Virus record (IMG/VR): IMGVR_UViG_3300013233_000137 | Coordinates: 5,053 to 69,052 of that record | DNA length: 64,000 nucleotides | Origin: a virus | Reading direction: 5' to 3' (one strand) | Shown here: positions 57,671-64,000 of the stretch, in pieces | Layout of the letters: every line of letters begins with the position of its first letter | How positions within the stretch are numbered: position 1 is the first letter of the stretch | Notes under the pieces: model-generated | Database searches by the model: none | Seen by the model: the letters and a program-made list of their open reading frames with translations, nothing else | What the model was told of the DNA's origin: nothing | Made by a program: the position numbers and the translations under genes

Positions 57671-58480
57671 CTATATTTTACTGAGGTCAATCTTGCCCTC
57701 TTTACGGGCCTTAAGATATTCCTCTGTAGTCATCTTCGCGGGGTTTACACTACCTCCGCCAGTATCACCCTGAGTATTCATTCCCAAGCCACCTTTGACA
57801 TTGGATTTGAAGAGGTTACCATACTTCTCAGGCATCTTCTTCATTACTTCCACTGCCTCATTGACTTTAAGATCCAACTCAGTATCTTTACCATCTTGAT
57901 CTTTACCAGTGATCTTGACCCGTGAGACCAAGTTCCCTGTGGGATTACCGTCCTTATCCAATTCATCAGTTAAGGTCGTATTTGGACGCAAGATCGCAAC
58001 AATTTGTTCAGGGGAAAACGCATCACTTGCAACAGCTGCATCCGTTATAGTTCGTTGAATAGTCTCTCCAGTGTATCTATTTTGGAGAGACTCTAATTGA
58101 TTTTGTAAATCAGAAATCTTCTTCTCATTCTCGGCTTTGATTGCTTCCTCATTCTGTTTGGCCAGCTCCTCTTTGGTCTTGAGGCTATCTGAGAGCTCCT
58201 TAACACGCTTCTGAAGGGTGATCTTCTCTTCAGCGGTTAGAGAACCTGACTTGGCCTCTGAGAGTTGTCCTTCAAGCTCTGTAACCTTCGTCTGCAAATT
58301 ACGACGATTCTTTGCCATAATTGCATTGACTTCATCCTGAGTGAAGGTCTTAACTGGCGGATCTCCTGCTGGCGGATCTCCTGCTGGCGGATCTCCTGCT
58401 GGCGGATCTCCTGCTGGCGGATCTCCTGCTCCAGTATCCTCACCATACCACAAACGGCTCCTCGGCATTTCCTCGTACAT
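57671..58480 (-). CDS. Head scaffolding protein
   Basis: KTFTQDEVNAI, coiled coil, C-terminal MTTEEYLKARK; upstream of the capsid gene. Confidence 0.85.
   Translation of the reverse strand: MYEEMPRSRLWYGEDTGAGDPPAGDPPAGDPPAGDPPAGDPPVKTFTQDEVNAIMAKNRRNLQTKVTELEGQLSEAKSGSLTAEEKITLQKRVKELSDSLKTKEELAKQNEEAIKAENEKKISDLQNQLESLQNRYTGETIQRTITDAAVASDAFSPEQIVAILRPNTTLTDELDKDGNPTGNLVSRVKITGKDQDGKDTELDLKVNEAVEVMKKMPEKYGNLFKSNVKGGLGMNTQGDTGGGSVNPAKMTTEEYLKARKEGKIDLSKI
58354..58428. repeat. 15-bp tandem repeat x5 (AGDPP)
   Basis: CTGGCGGATCTCCTG x5. Confidence 0.95.
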
Positions 58481-58490
58481 TCCTATTCTC

Positions 58491-58937
58491 CTATGTTGCC
58501 CTATTAACCTGCATCGTCTCTGGGTCATCTAAATACGGCTTCAAATATTGCCAAGCTAAGGAGCTAGGAATACCGGCCAAAAGATGCTCTGGAACGAATG
58601 AACGGTCATAGGTAGACCTCGCACTTGCGAGTCCTTGTGATTTCATACTTAATAATTCCACTTCACGCTCAGGCTCGATACCATCAAGCAATGCAAATGC
58701 GGCTTCGGCGCAGGCATACTGGATATCGTCGGGGATCGTGGTGTCGTCATAGCGCGGAAACTGATTTGCTTGGGTATCACTATTCTTCCTACCAACGAAA
58801 TTCAGTCTATCAATACGTATCGTGGACTCTGCGAGGGCTTTGGTCTTATCGGCATCACTAGCATTATCCCAGGAATCCACATTATATCTGGAAGTGAAAT
58901 AGGTATCGGCATCAGCTACGGTAATATATGCAGTCAT
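58491..58937 (-). CDS. Head-tail adaptor (DnaT-like family)
   Basis: YITVADADTYF, QFPR, IQYACAE, LKPYL. Confidence 0.75.
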   Translation of the reverse strand: MTAYITVADADTYFTSRYNVDSWDNASDADKTKALAESTIRIDRLNFVGRKNSDTQANQFPRYDDTTIPDDIQYACAEAAFALLDGIEPEREVELLSMKSQGLASARSTYDRSFVPEHLLAGIPSSLAWQYLKPYLDDPETMQVNRAT

Positions 58938-60703
58938 TTCGCACTCCCACGGGTTTTATCTTTAATAACTACATCTTGTGTCTTGTCCTTCTGGGACTGG
59001 GTCTTCTCCAAAACTGGAGAAGAAGGATTGGCATCCAGAGCTGCTACACCTCTGGCAGCCGCATTAGTTTGAGCAAGGACTATACGGGCTGCACGTTCCG
59101 CATGTTCAACCTTGGCCTTCTCAACCTCCCCTTCGGGGTAACCCTTAGCCTCAGATGCAGTCTCAACACTTAATAGTCCCTGCTCAATATCTTGAGATAT
59201 CGTATCGGGATCAAGAACCGGAATATCGGAGTTATCGACCTCACCATATATGGTATTAAGGGTCTCTACACCAACTTTATCGGTAAGAAGTGCATGAGCA
59301 ATATCCTTTGAAAGTTCCTTCTGATAGGTCTTCGACCCCACTTGGCTACGCAGTTTGGCTTTCGACTCTGCCTCCACAACTCGTTGTGCGTCGGTTTTAA
59401 GACTATAATGAGTTGGGTACTTCACCGTAGCAGATCGTCTTGAGGACTCGTACATCGCCCATAGTTCCGCTATGCGATTCTCCCCAGATTCCAATTCCTG
59501 TCCAATGTAACTCAACCCAGCCTCCAATGACTGGGAATCCATGGCCTTCGACTCGGCACTAGCTTCACGCCTCGGGATAAGGTTTGATACGGCGAGGTTT
59601 ACGAGGAGCTTGATATCCCGTTTCAACTGCTCTTGCTTCTCCATGCTGACTCGGAGAGGCTCTGGACTGGGACTAATATAGGCAGGTCTCTCGGTGTTGA
59701 TTGGATAACGACGCCCCCGTGTCGCACCCGTCACTAACTCCTGGGCCTTACCTGTTGCCGCAGAAGCCGCAGTTCCCGGTTGATTTACTAAATCAGTTTC
59801 CGAACCATCGGCATTGTAGGTCGGGCTCGAATATGTATTATTCTGACGTAGATGACCGGAGACTCGCCTTGGGTCATACTGCTCTGTATAGAATGGGAAA
59901 TTGGATTTGAAGCTATAGTTCATATCCGCCGAGGCGAGGTTCAGAAGTGATATCTGAATATCAGCCACGTCTGTTAGGAGGGACTGACTTAACTCCATAG
60001 TAAGGAATGGGATATTAGGGATGTTGAGTACTCTCTCCGATATCTGCTCACCGTCCTTATCATACAAGATCGCCAATACGCCTTCGGAGACTAACCGCAG
60101 ATAACGGTACTGCTTGACCAATTTGATTGGGAGCTGTGTTAGGGGATCGGTCTCATACACATGGTCTCTAAGTAGTATCGCAGCAAACTGCCCGGGGTTG
60201 TCATCTAAATACGACCAAGAACGAATGTCTTGAGCCTCATAGGTATAGATATAAGGGTTCTTACCTATCTGCTCAAGCTGTGTGGCTCCGGGCTCATTAG
60301 TCATATCGACGAAGATCCCTACCTTCCCGATGGAGAGCAAACCTGGAAGGACGCTTGCACCAATAAAATTATTCATGGTACTTGACTTCCGGTCCACGCC
60401 TTTGTCTCTACCAGCCACGGCATTCATATAGCTCGGAGTGCCCTCGCGACGGGTGATGTCCACCATCCTCTGGAAGATCGAGTTCTTGATCTCGTTGATA
60501 GCCGCCTTAGCGAAGGCTGGGACATAGGAGATCTTCTTACGGTTAGAGAAATCCCACTTGTCCTCCCGCTGAGAGAACTTCTGAAGGTACTCCTCAAGGA
60601 AGGCATGACCACCCTCATAGGCTAAGGCATACTTATCCCAGAGTTCTATCATCTTCTCGTAAGTGGGGTGTTTAACTTGGTAGATCATTCTATATCCTAT
60701 CAA
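58934..60703 (-). CDS. Portal protein
   Basis: 589 aa following the terminase; HPTY, YEGG, SAESK. Confidence 0.82.
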   Translation of the reverse strand: MIGYRMIYQVKHPTYEKMIELWDKYALAYEGGHAFLEEYLQKFSQREDKWDFSNRKKISYVPAFAKAAINEIKNSIFQRMVDITRREGTPSYMNAVAGRDKGVDRKSSTMNNFIGASVLPGLLSIGKVGIFVDMTNEPGATQLEQIGKNPYIYTYEAQDIRSWSYLDDNPGQFAAILLRDHVYETDPLTQLPIKLVKQYRYLRLVSEGVLAILYDKDGEQISERVLNIPNIPFLTMELSQSLLTDVADIQISLLNLASADMNYSFKSNFPFYTEQYDPRRVSGHLRQNNTYSSPTYNADGSETDLVNQPGTAASAATGKAQELVTGATRGRRYPINTERPAYISPSPEPLRVSMEKQEQLKRDIKLLVNLAVSNLIPRREASAESKAMDSQSLEAGLSYIGQELESGENRIAELWAMYESSRRSATVKYPTHYSLKTDAQRVVEAESKAKLRSQVGSKTYQKELSKDIAHALLTDKVGVETLNTIYGEVDNSDIPVLDPDTISQDIEQGLLSVETASEAKGYPEGEVEKAKVEHAERAARIVLAQTNAAARGVAALDANPSSPVLEKTQSQKDKTQDVVIKDKTRGSAK

Positions 60704-62306
60704 AAATGTCCTGGCTACCTGCCATCTCCGCCGCGAAGTTCAAGGCCACCTCATTATATACACGTGAATGAGTGTAATGATCGGCACTCGACCCCTCTAC
60801 ATACCTCGCTACGGGGTTGCCATTGCCGTCTTTCTTGTAAATCCGCACTGGAGCCTTAATCTGATCGCGATACTCAATGCCGGTATCCACTGGGAGGGTT
60901 ATCGACTTGTTCCGAAAACGGCTCAAGGCGACATCCATCCAGGATGTTCTATCTACTGTAACGGTATGCTCCATCTCCTTGTGAATCGAGATTTGTTTAC
61001 CTTGTATCCCTTGTCCATAGAAACAGGTTTTCACATATCCGTTGAAATTCTGAGCGAACTCGAAGCTTTTCCGGCGTTCAGGCTGGGCATCGATAACCGC
61101 GTACTGCACGGCCCATTTCCTCATAAGGGCGTTCAGTTCATTAAATGTCCTCACTTTACCGAACTCCAAAACCTTGCATCGGGCTTCGATGTTCAGGTCA
61201 TCTGTGACCATATTGGCCGGGAAACGCCACTCATCGACCTCATAGTTAATCCAAGTACCAACGTCAACACCCATAGTCACGATACCTGTGGGGGTTGACA
61301 TCTGGTTCTTATGTTCTCCAATACATTGATCCAGGTCACCATCCGTGACACGCGCACCATCAATAATATGCGTTAGGCCGAGCTTCGAGTTGAAGAACTC
61401 CTGTTCATCGGCGACGTTATTCAGGGACCCCTCATACGCCTTCGATAACTCCGCAGGCGTTATCATCATGCTGTAGAGCTGGTTGATATAGAATCCACGG
61501 TCATCGGCTTCTTGGGTAGGCATCCAGAAGCCATCTGCTAGCCATTCTTGTTTGGTTTCATGGGACAGCGTGCTTTTGCACGCTGTGCAGATCAGATGGC
61601 TATCCTTACCATCGAAGACTATGGAATCCGGATACTGGAGTTCTATGCTCCTCGAACAATGAGGGCATCTAAACATGAAATGTTCTTGTGTAGATGTCTT
61701 GAACCGCTTATTAATGCCGTGGTCATCTATACTCGGGGTCGAAATGCCCCAAGTTTGTTTCTCCAATTGTCCACTTGTGCGCTCGAAGACCAGCGGTATA
61801 TTGTCTTGGGTCATCTCCTCGATCTCGTCGAGGATTATGAGTCCCACTGGTACGCTCTTCAAACCTGCCCGTGACCGACTGCCACGTATGTAGATGTTCG
61901 CAGTTCCAGCTCTCTTATGGCCTATGTTCTTAGTGTCCGTGAATAACGTCTGGAGGTAAGGGCTTAACTCCACCGCCGGGTCGAAACGGGCAGAGGAGAA
62001 GTCACTGGCGTCAGGCGTTTTCGCAGGTAGAACATAGAGCACTGAAACCGCGTTTATACCGACCTCGTAGAATACCTTATTAAGAACTGTCTCAGTATAA
62101 CCCATCTGGGCCGCTTTCTGGCCCCATACAAATGGGCTTTTGGCGTCGTGCATCTCCCGTAACCAAGGGTGATGCTCAAACGTCCAAGGACCGGAGAACT
62201 GACCGCCCATTACGCGGTACGTTTCGGCCCATTTCGAGCAACTGGTTATCGACCTCTTAGTGAGACCTGCCGCGATACGCGACACGAATTGCTCGGCGAT
62301 GTCCAT
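60690..62306 (-). CDS. terL: Terminase large subunit (lambda gpA-like)
   Basis: KAAQMGYTE, LDEIEE, ISTP, CPHC, GVDVG, DHYTH. Confidence 0.92.
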   Translation of the reverse strand: MDIAEQFVSRIAAGLTKRSITSCSKWAETYRVMGGQFSGPWTFEHHPWLREMHDAKSPFVWGQKAAQMGYTETVLNKVFYEVGINAVSVLYVLPAKTPDASDFSSARFDPAVELSPYLQTLFTDTKNIGHKRAGTANIYIRGSRSRAGLKSVPVGLIILDEIEEMTQDNIPLVFERTSGQLEKQTWGISTPSIDDHGINKRFKTSTQEHFMFRCPHCSRSIELQYPDSIVFDGKDSHLICTACKSTLSHETKQEWLADGFWMPTQEADDRGFYINQLYSMMITPAELSKAYEGSLNNVADEQEFFNSKLGLTHIIDGARVTDGDLDQCIGEHKNQMSTPTGIVTMGVDVGTWINYEVDEWRFPANMVTDDLNIEARCKVLEFGKVRTFNELNALMRKWAVQYAVIDAQPERRKSFEFAQNFNGYVKTCFYGQGIQGKQISIHKEMEHTVTVDRTSWMDVALSRFRNKSITLPVDTGIEYRDQIKAPVRIYKKDGNGNPVARYVEGSSADHYTHSRVYNEVALNFAAEMAGSQDIFDRI

Positions 62307-62322
62307 CGTTGTCGGCTCCTCG

Positions 62323-62464
62323 GCCTGTCGGGCTTTGATTTGCCCTGTCGGGCTTTGATTTGCCCTGTCGGGCTTTGATTTGCCCTGTCGGGCTTTGATT
62401 TAGTAAATCAAAGGCCGGGGACCGGCCTAAATCAAAGGCCGGGGACCGGCCTAAATCAAAGCCC
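62323..62464. repeat. Symmetric half-site array between terS and terL
   Basis: 20-bp unit (G)CCCTGTCGGGCTTTGATTT x4, the last running into the core at 62396, then 24-bp unit TAAATCAAAGGCCGGGGACCGGCC x2. Confidence 0.93.
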
Positions 62465-62502
62465 ATCGGGCATGGCCGGGGACCGGCCGGCGCTAGCGCC
62501 CA

Positions 62503-62997
62503 TCAGGGCGCCACGGTTATCCGGTTCATGGCCGCCGTTATCTGGGCCGCGACCTTGGCTACCGCTTCCTCGTCCTGAACCTCGGCTACGATGATCTGGA
62601 TAATCTCGTCAGCCAACTGGATTGCCTTGTTACGGTCAAGCAACTGACCCAGATTTATATCCAATTTGTTGGTGCTCATGACCAGGCGTTCAATACTATT
62701 GACTAATGTGCTAATCTGGGTGCTTGCCAGAAGCAGATCGTGCTCATCCTTACAGCGATTCAAGCATGTCTCCAGCACCATACGCAGAACTCCAACCTCT
62801 TCACTCAGGGTTTTCAGGGCGGAGTTCGTAGATAGCTCCTCAAAACGGCTTTTGAACCGCGTCAACTGGTAGTTGAATACTTTTTTCCTTTCCTTCTGCT
62901 CCTTCTCAATGGTGTTATGTGTCTCGCAATACTGGAAGCCTTCGGGGGCCTCGTTTTTGCACGGTCCGAACTGGGTAGTGTATTGGCAGAGACTCAT
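62503..62997 (-). CDS. Terminase small subunit candidate
   Basis: Upstream of terL; N-terminal C...C...YCETH; helical body. Confidence 0.6.
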   Translation of the reverse strand: MSLCQYTTQFGPCKNEAPEGFQYCETHNTIEKEQKERKKVFNYQLTRFKSRFEELSTNSALKTLSEEVGVLRMVLETCLNRCKDEHDLLLASTQISTLVNSIERLVMSTNKLDINLGQLLDRNKAIQLADEIIQIIVAEVQDEEAVAKVAAQITAAMNRITVAP

Positions 62998-63043
62998 AAT
63001 GTGACTTTCGGCGAAGAAAAAAAGAAGAAAACTCCTCTAATTT

Positions 63044-63072
63044 ATAGTAGGTGTAAAAAGTGGAAAAATCAA
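63044..63072 (-). promoter_or_regulatory. Promoter for the packaging/structural operon
   Basis: Minus strand TTGATT-17 bp-TACTAT with AT-rich upstream element. Confidence 0.5.
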
Positions 63073-63177
63073 GGAAAATTTTTATTTTTTTCTTCGGCGG
63101 AAAGCTTGTTTCGGGGTTGATTTAGTAAATCAGACAGCCATATAACCCACCCTCCCACCCCTTGGCGTCGGGCACCA

Positions 63178-63290
63178 TCTCACTTGCTCACTATCTAGCA
63201 TAGGCCATAGGCCATTATCTTGGCCTCGGGAATCGTCTCACTTGCTTGCTATCTATATATCTAGCATAGGCCATAGGCCATTGTCTTGGC
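63178..63290. repeat. Imperfect ~50-bp direct repeat upstream of terS
   Basis: TCTCACTTGCT...TATCTAGCATAGGCCATAGGCCATT.TCTTGGC at 63178 and 63236. Confidence 0.85.
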
Positions 63291-63403
63291 ATTGGGCATT
63301 GGCTGTTTGTTGGTTGGAAAATTTTCAGAAGTGTGGGATAGTGTAGGGGAGCCGTAGGCTCACATAACAAGCCTACCTTACTTGACTAGGAAAACCCTCC
63401 CTC

Positions 63404-63610
63404 CTATAGTGACGCCTTGGCAAAGCAAGTCAACATCCTTGCTTGGCCAAAGGTGATCTCGTCCTCTTCGAACGCTGAATCTATCAGCACCTTACATAAC
63501 TCAAGAGTATCCTTACTAGGCTCAAGCTCCATGTACAGACCTATTACCCGAGCAAGGCGCCAATAGATACCGGCACAAGCCGGCAATGAAATTGTTTGAG
63601 CGGTCATCAT
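63404..63610 (-). CDS. Hypothetical protein
   Basis: ORF with AGGAGA RBS. Confidence 0.55.
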   Translation of the reverse strand: MMTAQTISLPACAGIYWRLARVIGLYMELEPSKDTLELCKVLIDSAFEEDEITFGQARMLTCFAKASL

Positions 63611-63629
63611 ATCTCCTTAGCATAAGAAT

Positions 63630-63653
63630 CCCGGCCGGGAAATCCCGGCCGGG
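63630..63653 (-). terminator. GC hairpin
   Basis: CCCGGCCGGG-AAAT-CCCGGCCGGG. Confidence 0.5.
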
Positions 63654-63672
63654 CGGTAAATGGCAATGGTAA

Positions 63673-63999
63673 TCACGTGATGCTTGCGTCGAGCTCCTTA
63701 ACGAGCTTGACTGCATCACGGTCGGCCTGGTCTTCGTCTGGTGCGGCGAAGAGCGCTGCAAGCTTGCGCATGGTGGGACTACTGAAATCCTGCAGCATAT
63801 CAGCAAAGACCTTACCGGTCAGCTTATTAGCCGGCTTAGTGTCCGGATTATCGAGCTCATCCTTGCGAGCGGTGATAATCTTGTCGTAGGCCGCAGCTGC
63901 TATCTCTGGAGTATCACCCTTGACGCCACAAAGTTTTTTGATTGTGTCACCGTCATAGACCTTTCCCTTCCTCGTCCCTTCATTGTGTTCAGCATAGAC
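63673..63999 (-). CDS. 3' part of a hypothetical gene cut by the window edge
   Basis: Open frame VYAEHNEG...ELDASIT* from the window end. Confidence 0.6.
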   Translation of the reverse strand, partial: VYAEHNEGTRKGKVYDGDTIKKLCGVKGDTPEIAAAAYDKIITARKDELDNPDTKPANKLTGKVFADMLQDFSSPTMRKLAALFAAPDEDQADRDAVKLVKELDASIT

Positions 64000-64000
64000 T

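Larger units (their letters stand above)
78..63132. repeat. Dispersed 15-bp palindrome TGATTTA(G/C)TAAATCA, about 50 copies including variants
   Basis: Exact copies start at 741, 2168, 3035, 3822, 5601, 7759, 9213, 10432, 11292, 15091, 18847, 21722, 22978, 23684, 23859, 24391, 25028, 27601, 30532, 33151, 33981, 36250, 38807, 41642, 44474, 46707, 48498, 49515, 50698, 54839, 59781, 62396, 63118. TGATTT-N3-AAATCA variants at 78, 12307, 12728, 12849, 13185, 13466, 17604, 20649, 21472, 38180, 56156, 58098. Arm-mismatch variants at 4985, 7244, 16894, 26201, 43676. Confidence 0.97.

Noticed and set aside
58354-58428. AGDPP repeat as a novel element
   Set aside because: Low-complexity linkers are common at the N-termini of scaffold proteins.
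62323-62464. CRISPR array interpretation of the repeat arrays (also 5521 and 56109)
   Set aside because: Units are 18-24 bp with identical or near-identical spacers, and no cas genes are present.
62257-62466. ORF with FDLGRSPA repeats, and the N-terminal extensions of 55612..56301, 43573..44508 and 5011..5526
   Set aside because: These are translations of the DNA arrays; better RBS-linked starts lie downstream.
78-63132. Palindrome as canonical parS, FNR or IHF site, or as a terminator
   Set aside because: It differs from TGTTTCACGTGAAACA. Its TTGAT/ATCAA spacing is 7 rather than FNR's 4. It lacks the IHF TTR element. It is AT-rich, lacks a U-tract and is often intragenic.
1-64000. Alternative genetic code, introns or inteins
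   Set aside because: Core genes are intact and of normal length in the standard code.

Overview
Most of a tailed dsDNA phage genome, siphovirus-like, coded mainly on the minus strand. 1-13 kb holds small accessory genes, including two sigma-70-like factors, a C5 methyltransferase, a radical SAM protein, a glutaredoxin, a sulfotransferase and a DNA ligase. 13-29 kb is the replication module: VRR-NUC nuclease, family A polymerase, two ParB-family proteins, SNF2 helicase, Dam, a divergent promoter/origin-like region, primase-helicase and DEDDh exonuclease. 29-34 kb is a glycosyl-/methyltransferase/radical SAM cluster with lysis-like genes. 34-63 kb holds tail, head and packaging genes. The strongest unexplained signal is a 15-bp palindrome, TGATTTA(G/C)TAAATCA: by eye, 33 exact copies plus about 17 variants spread across the window. 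Many copies lie inside core genes (read as DL[VL]N[QH]), and at several intergenic sites they expand into phased half-site arrays. With two ParB/KorB-like proteins and no ParA, this suggests a genome-wide site/binder system. A second signal is an N-terminal R-x-W-Y-G leader shared by the capsid, scaffold, tail tube and tape measure proteins. Functions are called from motifs by eye and counts are manual. No integrase, endolysin, tRNA or CRISPR array was recognised.
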